A model generated the notes under the pieces. The model did not search any database and was not told the origin of the DNA. It was given only the letters and a program-made list of their open reading frames with translations. A stretch of DNA of 55,113 bases, counting the filler, from Catajapyx aquilonaris (lineage: Eukaryota): the NCBI GenBank assembly GCA_000934665.2. It is 2 parts of 2 records of this genome, joined end to end, with 100 filler letters (N's around TTAATTAATTAA, not from the genome) between each part and the next. Parts side by side here need not be neighbours in the genome. Positions count along the whole stretch, not along the records: positions 1 to 27,510 come from KZ539275.1; 1 more part is not named here. One strand, written 5' to 3'. The position numbers were made by a program, and so were the translations under genes. This document shows, in pieces, positions 1 to 11,740 of this stretch (position 1 is its first letter; the number at the start of each line of letters is the position of its first letter).

Positions 1-98
1 GACCGCAATGGCGTAAACGGATAGTACGATTCGAGTGCCCGGCAGAAAATTAGTTCGCGCGAACTGCCGTCACTTCCAGACGGTATAAACACACCTTA

Positions 99-551
99 AG
101 GGTGAAAGTCGTATGCATGTCCTGGACTAATCCCTCCCGACTCAGAGGGGATTAGTGCAGAGCAGCCCACGGACACTACCCCTACGTTCTGGGCTTATCA
201 CCTGCCGAGGGATTATGCACCGGGTGCTCACTTGAGAGCGCCACGAGACATTTCCCAAGGCTATCATGTGGCGACCCTACCGAACTAAGGATGAACTTTA
301 TAGGTACGAAAGGGGGGCCCAACATGGCCGCCGGCGGCCATGTTGGGCCCCCCAATGTAGCCCTCCCCTTTCGTACCTATAAAGTTCGTCCTTAGTCCGG
401 TAGGGTCGCCACATGATAGCCTTGGGAAATGACTCGTGGCGCTCTCAAGTGAGCACCCGGTGCGTAATCCTTCGGCAGGGGGTGGGTGGGGAGTGACCTA
501 ACCTGAGTCTTCTACAGCCGTGGTGCAGAGCGTGCATGCGACTTTCACCCT
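99..551. mobile_element. Palindromic MITE (family A) in an LGR1 intron
   Basis: TIR AGGGTGAAAGTCGYATGCA...TGCATGCGACTTTCACCCT flanked by TA; internal inverted arms of about 115 bp (about 200-315 and 365-480); perfect 42-bp central palindrome at 312-353. Confidence 0.8.
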
Positions 552-1283
552 TACTAGTTTTTGAGTTACGGTCTTCTTACATCTGACGGCAGCGCGTGTC
601 CTATATTTACAACTTTAGTTTTTTGGAAATAGTGTCCAGGGAATTTATAAAACGCAAAAAACGCCGACCGCCTTTTTAAAAAATCCTTATTTTGAAGTCA
701 GCTAATTGCATTCTAATAGCATTGAGCAAAAGCGGGCATTAATAGGGTTATTCTATAGTATATTGCACAAATAACCTAGCGGATGCCATATAAGGCAAGG
801 CAATAAGCAATGCTAATAACAGCTAAAAGCAAATGAGTTAAGGGATCAAAACAATGTTATAGCACTTATCTCAACAAATTACTTTCATATTTTTCTCACT
901 CCCGCGCCTCCCATGAGCTCTATACCTAATAATGCCTAAATTGCATGCAGATAATGGCAGGCATCCAGTACTTTGCAAACTTTGATGCATGCCTGCCACC
1001 ACATATTACGCATACTATTTTTCGGAGATAACATGACTGTGTACGCGGCCTAATTAAAGGCACATATGCCGGGACTGATCCCCAATCCCCAGCTAGCGCT
1101 AACGAGGCATTTCTTCTGATGCCCATCAACATTTCGCGCCTCATTATATCCCACAAAATAATGACCACTGAAAACGATGGAATGACACTAACTCCAAAAA
1201 AAATGTGCCAAAATGTCCAAGGCGCTTTTAACTTGTATGGGTTCTTCATTTGAAGCATTTCTTTACATAATTGTCTTTTACAG

Positions 1284-1349
1284 AGACCTGGAAAACAACC
1301 GCCTGGAGACAGTTCCAACAAGGTCATTTCAACTCAAAGCCGAACTTGT
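1284..1349 (+). CDS. Lgr1: LGR1 LRR exon (DLENNRLETVPTRSFQLKAELV)
   Basis: tttacag|A GAC CTG...CTT GT|gtaagt; 66 nt, phase 2-2. Confidence 0.85.
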
Positions 1350-4300
1350 GTAAGTCCCACAATTTTTTCGAATCTTGTAAGCGAGTCAGGGTATTGAAAT
1401 AAAAGCTTTCCAGCACATCAAAGAAAATTTGGAGAGGGCAGCAAAATTCTAAGGATGCTAAGTAGCCTACTGAAATTTTGCAAGAGCTGCATGAAATCTG
1501 GAAAACTTCGTAGACCATGAAATTGCAATATGCATAACGCAGCAGATATATGCCTCTGGTGTAAATGCGATACATTCTTTCGTACACTCGACATATTTTT
1601 TAAAAAAAATGGCTACTCAATATGCATGAATGTACATGAAGCTTTCATGATCCTATAATTGGATACACTGATACAAACTTGTGTCCCCCTACTAAAAGGA
1701 CACTGCTACAGCACGGGGTTGGAAAATAAATGAATAAATAATGATCCTAATTGGATGGTAACTTATAGCGCATGGAAAGAGGTCATGCATACCTAGATAT
1801 TGAATAGTGAAAAATGTTGACATATTTTAATGACTTACAGACGTATACCAGAACTCGGAGGCTAATTGCTGTGCATGGATATTTCTGAAGCAATTAACAA
1901 GTTAATTATAGTCCGTAAACGACACGACTACAGTATAAGATTAAATATTTGTCCTCTACTAGGCCTGCAAATCCTACAACTTTCACCAAAGGAAACGCAA
2001 AAATGCTATGTAAATATTGTCGAATCGCAGAAATAACAACTGAAGGTAAGGGTACGATAGTCCAACCGCATCGAAAGTGATTTTATACGAGCGCATGCAA
2101 ATCACCGCCATTAACCAATTGATGAGCTAAACGCTAATAAAGTCACTTTTACGACGTGCCAAAATATGAAGATATGCCGATATCGCGTTAGCCAGAACGT
2201 ACCTTTAGGCTAGAAAAATGACCGGATAATCCTAAACACTTTAATACGGGGTATCCGATTAAGGGACAAGGATTACCCATTAGGATCCTCGTATACACGT
2301 TGGAAATCAGACACCCGTTCGGATATTAGGGGTACAGTACTTGTGCGGTGGCTGTATGGTGTATGCCTCGCATTCACGAGATTCATAATTAGTTGCACAC
2401 CCACATGTCATCTCATACATTCAGGCACAGAGTGATTTAGACCTACAGTGCATCAGTCTCACGACTACAGGATATCACCCTAGAAGGTTGCCGAAATCAT
2501 TACGTAACACCCTATATTCAGCAAACCATACAAACTTTTAACATAAAAAAATTCGCCTTTTAGTCTCGATTGGCAATTTTTTCGTACCGAAGCCTTGAAA
2601 TGAACACAGTATTCCCCCCACGTGCGTGCTATATACAGTACTAATTGATTGCTCTGCTTCTCAGCTTGCTAAACTTCAACGAAATAAGCAGCGTGGACAA
2701 AGAAGCCTTTCTTGGAGCTCAAATTGCAAAGCTGTGAGTACACTGATTGTGTTTGACATTTGGCATTATTGCCAGGTCAAGTTAGTTGCAAACTCTGGAC
2801 CAGTGCCTTTGAAAAGGGTGAGGGCCAGAGATTTGGCTGGCCTCTAGTAGTCTCACGCCCCAAGTCTCCCTTGCATTACGTCCCATTTATCAGGGCTTCC
2901 GACAACATTAGGTCGAGATTCCGGACTCGTTTATTACCTGTCGTGACGGTGCGGAATCGTCTCTTCCAACTCTACTAAAAAAAAAAAGAGGAGGCATGGA
3001 TCCATCCGTTTCGGTTTTCCATTCCCAAAGCAACTCGATTAATGTGATTCTCTCAGGCGGAATGGGAGCTTCAAAAGGCAGAACCGCCATGTGCAAGTCC
3101 ACCAGTCATTGCGACTATGCACATTGCTAATTTATTAATCTTTTGATGCTTTTTCCCTCAATAACCGCGACATAAAACGATGCGAAGCTAACCATTTTCC
3201 AGGGCCAAATGAACTGCAATATCATCAACCCACATCCATGATATTAATATTTTAAAAAATAAGCTTCGAGCCTGGCATAACATGGGACGTTGCTGTGAGG
3301 GGGAAAATAGCGTTGCATAACCAGCAATTGAAAGTGCTACTAAACTTGTGCTTTATATCCGCAATTTAGAAGTCTGAGGGGGAACCGCAAACTGACGTAT
3401 CTACATCCAGACGCATTCATGGGCTTGCAGAGTCTTCGGGAACTGTAAGTGTTGAATTATGCATGAAACCTGTACTTTAGTTCTTCCCCTTCTCTGGTTA
3501 ACCACAATTGCCGCTGTAGATATCTGTTGGGAGTTTCTGAATTTCGGACTTCAACTCCTGTTTTGAATAGGAGGGATTATTTTCTGCCTCTCCTCCACTG
3601 TTCAAACATAATTTTATGGCGTACCTTGCACATTCCATTACTAAAACTAGCATTTCACTATATTCCCCTCCAAACTTGAAAAAAAGGGATCTGTCGGAAA
3701 CCGGTATTACAAGCCTACCAACAAACGGACTGTCAGAGCTGGAAATCCTTCGCATGGAGAACACCCACTCTCTGAAAGTGTTCCCATCAGTGTACAACTT
3801 CCAGGTAACAATTCTCTCACTCGCTCGATTTCAATGTTTTGTCTCCCCCCGCTTTGTTGTCCTGCGAATCCCAACGGAACTAAAATAATTACGAACAAAA
3901 AGCCCGCCTGCTGGGATAAATTGAGTCAACGCCATTAACAGCGTCTATATAGATGCACCTGAGCAGCACCCTGTTTTAATAACGAGCATATCAAAAAGTG
4001 AATTAATGATGTATGGCAAATGATTGGCTCTCCCAGAGAATAAAAATATGGGCTTGTTATACCATTTCACTTTGTATACTCGGGTTTTCCGTCACAGGCA
4101 CTGAGGGAGGCCCGACTTACATATCCCTACCATTGCTGCGCGTTTCAATTCCCAGAAGCTCACGATCCCCAGGAGCACTCGAAACACGAGGTTTGTGTAA
4201 CAGCTACAGTACTACAAAATGCACCAACTGTATATTGACTCTTGGGTTTCAGAAATTGATGGCTGACATCAAGGCTCAATACTGTTTCGGTACAAGCACC

Positions 4301-7300
4301 ACGTCTCTTCCGCCACCAAGTCCTCGAGTGCTGGAAGAGGCTATACTGGACAGGAGTCTGAATGACCACTATGTGCCATCCCCTTTAGCGGACGAATTCT
4401 GGGGCAGTACAGGACGTGACGGTCCACCTGACGGATTCGGAGACGATCCGGAAGAATGTCTGGGTCAACATAACCACAGCCACCACCATATTATTCAACC
4501 CAGCGATTGTGTCCATTGTGGAAGAGCAAAAAGCAGTGCCCAAGAAGGAGTGTTTCATCAGACGACGGTCCTTCTTCCTCCGACGATCCTGCACGCTTTC
4601 TGCGGGAATTTCTCTCGCCGACACCGAAACGTCAAGGTCGGTCACTCCTTGCACCGTGTTTTCGTCTCCTAAATCCACAAAATTAAGGGTGGGAATCCCG
4701 GCTAATCTGTCCGAAGTTGTTGATCCTAGTAGGATGCTGCTGTGGTGCTTCCTTATATCGGAGAGGGCTATATGACATGGCTAGCCCTGAGCCTATAATT
4801 CAAAACGGAATCGCTCCTGGTATAGGAAAGGGATCAAAGGAGCCAGCTAAGAAATTGAGGTCACTGGCTGCTAAAGTTTCAGAGTTCGGAAAGTCTTATT
4901 TTTTAAAGAAAAATACCAGCCTTTTTTGTTTGTAGGCGGTGGAACTTGGCAAATATTGCATTTTATCAAGTAGGCCGCTCGGCAAAGTTGTTTCGGCAAA
5001 GAAGATTTCAAATTTCGATTGCAAACTGTCGGCAGTGTTGGCCAGAGCCGGACGCCTTCAATCCATGCGAAGATCTTCTGGGTCATACAGGCCTCCGCGT
5101 GTCCGCGTGGATCGTGGCCATGGCCGCTCTGGCAGGAAACGCGGCCGTACTGATGGTGTTGAGCAGCTGTGGTCGCAGATGTCGCTTTCCAATGCGTCTT
5201 CGGCTTCGACCGGCGGCTGCTGCGCAAAGATTCCTCATGGCCCACTTAGCATTTGCTGACCTCTGCATGGGCTGCTACTTGTTGCTCCTAGCAGCCCAGG
5301 ACCTCAGGTCAAGGGGCGCCTACTTCAATTATGCCATTGACTGGCAAAGAGGTACCAACCTATATTGTATTCTTCGCTTACTATAAAAATTAAATGACAT
5401 GTACTTGGCCATATGTAGGTCTAGGCTGCCAGGTAGCGGGCTTCCTGACCGTCTTTGCCAGCGAGTTATCAGTATTCACGCTGGCTCTTTTGACTGGAGA
5501 GCGGTGGTACACCATTACTTACGCACTCCACCTGACCAGGCGAATGCGAATTAGAACTGCATCTCGCATGCTTTTAGTGGGATGGGTCTACGCACTCTTC
5601 ATGGCCATCCTCCCATTATGTGGAGTCAGCAGTTACTCCAAAACCAGGTAATTCAATTCAACTATCTGTACACTTTAAGAAGGTCAATAATCATGTCATC
5701 CGCAGTATTTGCCTGCCAATGGAGCTGGATGATGCTGCATCATCGGCGTACCTGTCCTCCTTGTTAGTGTCCCACCTAGCGGCCTTCCTCCTGGTAGTAG
5801 CCTGCTACGGACGCATGTATTGGTCCATCCGAGGAAGAGGTCGCTCCGGATGCCTAGCCATGGCCTCTGACCTCAGCGTGGCTAAGAAGATGGCACTGCT
5901 GGTCTTCACGGATTTCGCTTGCTGGGTGCCCATCGCTTTCTTCGGCCTGACAGCTATAGCCGGATATCCCTTGATTGGAGTCTCTCATGCCAAGATCTTG
6001 TTGGTCTTCTTCTACCCACTGAACGCTTGCGCCAATCCTTATCTCTATGCCTTGCTCACCCGACAGTTCCAGAAGGACCTCTGCCTCCTCATATCCAGGT
6101 CTGTACTTTTCATTGCTCAAAGTGTCAATCTTGGTCCTAATGTCGTATATGCATCCCCCTGGCACGTTGTAGGTAATCCATCAGGCACTGTTCAGGCTCA
6201 AGAGTGTCACGTAGTTCATATACTTATAAACTCAATGGACAGTATAAGAATAGAAAATATATGGTGAGGCTGTGGGTGCTTTGACACAGATAAATGACTT
6301 TTCCTCTCCATTATAGAACCCAGCCGTTTTTCTCAGCAAAAGTTACAGTCGCACTTTAGCAAAATGTTTGCCACCGAGCGAAACAAGTCAGTGAAGGTCG
6401 AAGGCGGAAGTTCCCTTAGGACAAATGGAGTGGAATCCATGCGGAATAATTCGCCGATGGAAAGCATTTTGTATACAGAGAATCTTGATAGAATCAGACC
6501 TTTTTGTTTCGGTCTGACTTTTTTTGCGCTGGAACGTACTCAACAACATCTCTATTCGAATTTACGCCGCCTAAATGATACGGATAGATCCCCCGGTGAA
6601 GTCATAAGATCGATCATAAACAAACGTGCTTGATTAAGCAAGTCGGACGAATCGTGCAGACACGAGGCCGTACGGTTGAACAATGTGTGCCCCAGGCCGC
6701 GGGAGGAGCTCCTCACAAAGAGGGACTCCTTCATACTCCTCCCTCAACTAATTACACCTTTTGCTTAATTAAATTTTTGCCGTGCCCTGCAGCACAAGTC
6801 ACCCAGAACTTTACTTTCTCATTAGTTGTCTTTGCTTGTTACCGTTTCGCCCTTGGTAGACCTAAACTTGCTAGTTTCCCCTCCAATGTGATTACTGCCT
6901 GCATAAATTCTAGTGTCCAGTTGTCCACGAGGCTTGCCATGCTAATGAGTCATAATGATTAATTATCCTCTCCTGCCATAGAATACATCCCACATAATTT
7001 TCGAACATTACCGGATATTATGTCAGATTGCCACTTTGTTATACATCAAACGATTAGTCATAAAATGATTGCACACAGATTTATCGCCATTATAAATATA
7101 CGCTACCTCGCCATTTTTACATTTTTTACATATATAATTTATTGAGCTTGTAAAGTTCTTTGGAAAGAAGTAGCTGTGTGAATCGGGGTGTAATAAATAA
7201 TCTTCTTCCAGGGCATTCGGGGTTTGTGGAGGATGCGGTCAAAAGTCGACGAAGCTTTCTTCTTGCTCTGCTGGTGGTCTGGCTGCAGGTGCTGGCATCA

Positions 7301-7722
7301 ACGGAATTGGAAGAAACCCAGGCGGAACCATGGCAGCAGTGGTACTACTGCCCCGCACCGGATCGGCCCACACTCGTCGCAGTTCGGCCATCTCTTCTGC
7401 CGGAGGAGACCACCTCCAGACAGCCAGATTCATACCAACAGCCACGGCTATTGTGACCACAGATCTGGCGCCCACTCATGGCAACTACCAACTGGGGCTA
7501 AGCGGTCGCAAACTCAGCGTGGTCCTGGAAACCAGCAGCAGGACCAGCGATTCTGTGCCACAACTCCCGCTTCGTCCGCTAGGTTCGACTGCAGCAGAAG
7601 CAGAAGCAGCGGACGAAGACGAAGATAACCATTCCTGTAACTCTTGCAGCCTTAAGGCGCCAGGGTCTCCTCATCCGCTCAAGAGCTCCAAGCTCCCTAA
7701 TTCTAATTTTCATTCCAATTAG
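1284..7722 (+). CDS. Lgr1: Glycoprotein hormone receptor, LGR type A (LGR1, GPA2/GPB5 receptor; TSHR/FSHR/LHCGR homolog), 5'-partial, 10 exons
   Basis: Exons 1284-1349, 2665-2733, 3370-3444, 3687-3804, 4098-4190, 4253-4636, 5036-5351, 5419-5647, 5706-6098, 7212-7722. All introns are GT-AG and phase-consistent. The spliced protein has LRRs (DLENNRL..., LSLRGNRKL, LDLSETGITSLP), LTYPYHCCAF, a hinge, FNPCEDLLG, a 7TM region with ERW, FTDFACWVP and NPYLY, and ends at TAG 7720-7722. Confidence 0.93.
2665..2733 (+). CDS. Lgr1: LGR1 LRR exon (LLNFNEISSVDKEAFLGAQIAKL)
   Basis: ttctcag|...AAG CT|gtgagt; 69 nt, phase 2-2. Confidence 0.88.
3370..3444 (+). CDS. Lgr1: LGR1 LRR exon (SLRGNRKLTYLHPDAFMGLQSLREL)
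   Basis: atttag|...GAA CT|gtaagt; 75 nt, phase 2-2. Confidence 0.9.
3687..3804 (+). CDS. Lgr1: LGR1 LRR exon (DLSETGITSLPTNGLSELEILRMENTHSLKVFPSVYNFQ)
   Basis: aag|G GAT CTG...CAG|gtaaca; lies within ORF 3616-3888. Confidence 0.9.
4098..4190 (+). CDS. Lgr1: LGR1 exon (ALREARLTYPYHCCAFQFPEAHDPQEHSKHE)
   Basis: cacag|GCA...GAG|gtttgt; carries the hallmark LTYPxHCCAF motif. Confidence 0.92.
4253..4636 (+). CDS. Lgr1: LGR1 hinge exon
   Basis: tttcag|AAA TTG ATG...GTC AAG|gtcggt; 128 codons, in frame with the flanking exons. Confidence 0.82.
5036..5351 (+). CDS. Lgr1: LGR1 exon: FNPCED peptide, TM1-TM2
   Basis: CWPEPDAFNPCEDLLG...HLAFADLCMG...AIDWQRG; donor G|gtacca. Confidence 0.93.
5419..5647 (+). 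CDS. Lgr1: LGR1 exon: TM3-TM4
   Basis: GCQVAGFLTVFASELSVFTL...ERWYTI...LPLCGVSSYSKT; donor AG|gtaatt. Confidence 0.93.
5706..6098 (+). CDS. Lgr1: LGR1 exon: TM5-TM7
   Basis: SICLPM...AKKMALLVFTDFACWVPIAFF...NACANPYLYA; donor AG|gtctgt. Confidence 0.93.
7212..7722 (+). CDS. Lgr1: LGR1 terminal exon (cytoplasmic tail)
   Basis: cttccag|G GCA TTC GGG GTT TGT continues in frame into ORF 7330-7722 and ends at TAG. Confidence 0.75.
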
Positions 7723-10279
7723 ACTGACATGTTCTAAGCAGTCATGTGATGTGTCATGTGTATAAATGCACGGAGTATTTTACATTTCGTGTCCAGTCTT
7801 CCTGGTGGGAAGAGCAGTTCCAGTATCTGTATAACGTGGACCAAATAGGAGCAGAGGACAATGCACTTTATTGATGGAATTTTATCTGGAGTTCTGTCAT
7901 ATTTACGAATGACTTTTACACGATGTCAGCATTTATTAATTGCTTGTCAGCTATAGTCAAACACTAGTGAAAATTTTCCTGGTCTACCCCCAAATTCCAC
8001 ATATCTGTTGTTAAATTATTTTTATATAAAAATTCTTTCACGGAATGCGGAAAAACTGCAGAATTGCGATAACATCTTGTATTGTAGTTTTCAATTACGT
8101 TTAATTAACTGTTAATGTTGCTGTTTTGCAATGTTATGGTAAAAGGCCTTCCCTGGCATGAGCCTTCAAAAGGAAATGACGTCATGATTATTCCAGGTAG
8201 CCGGTAGTATACATCATCACAAAATAATGACTCGTATCTTTTCTTAACTGCAGTTTTCAATGTTTGACAAAATATCGAAGTGGGGTTTTAAAGCGAAGGG
8301 TCAACTTGCGCAAGATTTGTTACAAGTCGCAGGTGCTTCATGTCACTGGAAGCGCATAGTAGAGATCAAGATGGTGACCCCTCAAGAAAAGGTCGAGTGA
8401 GTGCTTTGCCTATAGTGCTCAAGTCCATGTCTCGTGGCATCAGTCTTGGACAAAATAGTGCATCTGAAAGTTGCTGATTCAGGCAGTATTTAAAACAATC
8501 AGTATCTATAATACTAGTAGCTACTGGAACTGTTCCTGGAACGTCATGAAGGCTGGATATGTCGACTTACGTGCAATGGCATATTCGAGAAGATATTTCT
8601 TCGTGTACCTGTATTTAATTTACAACAGTATTTACCTACTTACAATCACTATCAACATTGAGTGATGTCTCACGCTTCTTAAAAGTAGTCGACTAGTCAC
8701 CTGAATTCATGTCACTTGTGATAATAAACCATACCGGGCCCGCTACAGGCCATGTGAGTATGGCATCATTGGCACAGTGTCCTCTTTCATTAATGTTTAT
8801 TCCCTATGCCCTGTCTACCACTACCACTAAGAGTCCTTATGGCCGGTTGTGTGAAAGCCAATTAGGGAAAATCTCCTAATGCATAGCAGCATAGGTATTC
8901 TCAACAGATAATCCAACATAATTGGGGATTTCGGAAGAGTTCCAGACAAAAAAAAATTGGGAGAAATCCCCCCCTAATAAAGCCTAAAGGGCTGATAATG
9001 GGGTATCAATTATTTATTTATTTTATTTAACATAATTGGGGATTTCTTCCGTAATTTGAGCGGATAAACCCGCTTTTTAAAGCATGCAATTATTGAGCCC
9101 TTTTTGTATCGCCCGGGGTACACCACGACAATCAATGTGAATCAGAGATCCTAATTTTTACAGATTAGAAAACAAAATTCCAACTAAATTGCATGGCACC
9201 TGGCTGATGGCTGACCATCTGCAAAAGGTCATTCTCAGCATGTTTCTGCATCATGGGGTGTTTCCAATTGGTTAGGGGCAAGAGTCAGCAGGCAGGCAAC
9301 ACCGCATGGAGATAAGATGAAGTTAACGACATCCAGTGACGCCATCAGTATCTCAGGGATTGTGAAACTTGAAGCTCTGTTGAACAACGCTGTCAATGAT
9401 TTATATTCATGTTGACTGGCGTCTACACATGTAGCTTGAACTTGGTGTCAAGATTATCACACTGTCATGCATATGGCGCCATGTTACGACACACCGTTGG
9501 GCTTATAATAATAATAATCAGAACTGGAGGGGTCGTACAATTATAGGCCACACAAGTCACATGTGTGACAGGTTTAAACTTTAAACTCCTCTCCGGCCTC
9601 GTCATGCTTTGTCATCATTTTAGTAAACACCTCCTCCCTGATTTTTATTACGTCATTGGCACCTCCACAAAAGAATATGCTCATATAGGCTACCATTCTA
9701 AAAGCCTGCTGAAAGCGTACGTAATGCTGGAAGAGGCTATGCTGCATAGTAGGCTATATGACTGGACCCTGCAGATGTGACAATGAGCAGCTCAGACATA
9801 TATTTCCAGCGGCTACCAACAAAGATTATTATCATTGTTGACTTCATAAAATACATTCCTACTAATTGTGAAAGGTGGATAGTCACACATGCGTCATTTT
9901 TCAGTCGATATTTTTTCTCATTGCTGACAAAAAGTCACAAAATCAATGTCAAAAATGGTTGTACAGGCGTCAAGTCACGACCAAGGATTAGCAGGTTTCC
10001 AGTCAACACGGGAAATTCATCATCTGCATACACTTCATCTAACCCAGTCAGTGAGTCGCTGAATTAGCATGCCCGGCTCCTGGGAAGTTTATTTGTGTGT
10101 TTGTGTACCCCAATTGCGCAATTGGAGTTGTAGTCTATTATTGGTCTTTTGTCATGCTGTGATGTGCTCTTTCTCTGGGAACCATGTTTGTTCTCCCTTC
10201 CCAGCAATCATTTTTGCTACTTTTTGATCACATTTTAAAAATGGACACGATGCTACCTTTATAACCTCTAGAAGTCTAG

Positions 10280-11740
10280 AACTTTGATAGATATGGGTGG
10301 TAGGGGGTGCACATGGAAGAAGCATGGCGTGGGCCCGAAAGGCCATCGACGATGTCTATCTTGACAAGTATGGATACCCACGCACATGACTGCATCGCGG
10401 GTTGCCGGAGGCAGGCGGTTGAGCAACGTTCTGCCGGTCCCCCTTTCCTGAGTTTCCATCAGGTAGTGAAGGCTTCTTCCTCAGGGCGGCGCTGGTGGCC
10501 AAAGAGACCTCAGAGCGCCTCCAGGCCGGCTCGGCGAGAGGGACGTTCTCTTTTAGTGAACGGCCCTTCGGCTGGCGGCATATGTATAGTATCCAGTATG
10601 TAATAACACCCCCCCCCCCTCCCCGCCATACGTGAGGACCACTCGGTGGCCAGGGGCGTCATATCCAGCCCCGGACACTCATACTACACCTTCTGATGTT
10701 ATCACCTGCCGTGGAGTTTTGAAGAAGGTGCTCACTTGAGAGCGCCATGAGAAATTTCAGTCTCCGGATAAGTGGCGACCCTACCGGTCTAGGCTGAACT
10801 TTATAGGTACAAAAGGGAAGTTCTACATTGGGGGACCCAACATGGGCCCGCATGTAGTGCTTCCTTTTGTACCTATAAAGTTCAGCCTAGTCCGGTAGGG
10901 TCGCCACTTATCCGGAGACTGAAATGTCTCATGGTGCTCTCAGGTGAGCACCCGTTGCAAAACGCCCCGGCAGGGGGTAGGTGGGAGTGACCTAACCTGA
11001 GTCTTCTAAAACCATGGTCATATCTATCCCGCCAGCGCCGCACTGCGGAAGAAGCCTTCACTACTGTCTGATTTATTCTACTCCAGACCCACGTCATCAA
11101 GCCCCCCCCCCCTGCTCCACCCGTCCATCCCTCCACGGACTGTACATGTTACCAACCCAACTTCACACACGTGGTATCACAAACAATGCTGTAATTAAAT
11201 CATACGGCCTACATTTGCGATATAAATTATAATGTTAGTGTTAATTGATACTCTGAGTATGCCCTTGTCACGGACAGGAAGGAACAGCGGTTGCATTAAC
11301 AGCATTGACAGCGTTGATCTGATGATTGACTGCATTGACAGCGGTGACCACGTGCTCAGGTTAAGGTGGTAACAAGTACAGTCCGTGAAAGGGTGGACAG
11401 GACGGGTGGAGAACACGGTCGTTAGAGTATGGGTGGAGAAGGGGGCTTGGTGACGTATGGGTCCGGAGTAGAATAAATCACTGGAAACTCCGGAAAAGTG
11501 GACCGGCCAAAGGCTGCGGCCAGGTCGGGTCCATGATCTGGTCAGGTCTGTGCATATCTGCATTGCTGGTTGCCGGGGTCAGGCGCTCGCAGCGTCAGGA
11601 TATACATTGTCGATGTCTTAATGTATGTCGACATCTCCAAAACGGATCGTCGCCGGCCTTTCTGGCCCATGCCATCAATTGCCATGCCTCTTCCATACTC
11701 ACCCCCTACCAACCTGCATCATATCGGCAGAAGAATTCGT
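10280..11740. mobile_element. Old, diverged foldback element interrupted by the 10460-11070 MITE
   Basis: 10281-10460 plus 11068-11125 are a diverged reverse complement of about 11400-11740 (e.g. TGATTTATTCTACTCCRGACCCA; GGTAGGGGGTG..ATGGAAGA.GCATGGC). Confidence 0.6.
10460..11070. mobile_element. MITE sharing the family A core but with different TIRs
   Basis: Terminal IR GTAGTGAAGGCTTCTTCC...GGAAGAAGCCTTCACTAC; core 10666-11010 is homologous to 164-514. Confidence 0.75.

Noticed and set aside
926..1587. Minus-strand ORFs of 133 and 87 aa
   Set aside because: They are intronic or antisense to LGR1 and have no recognisable motifs.
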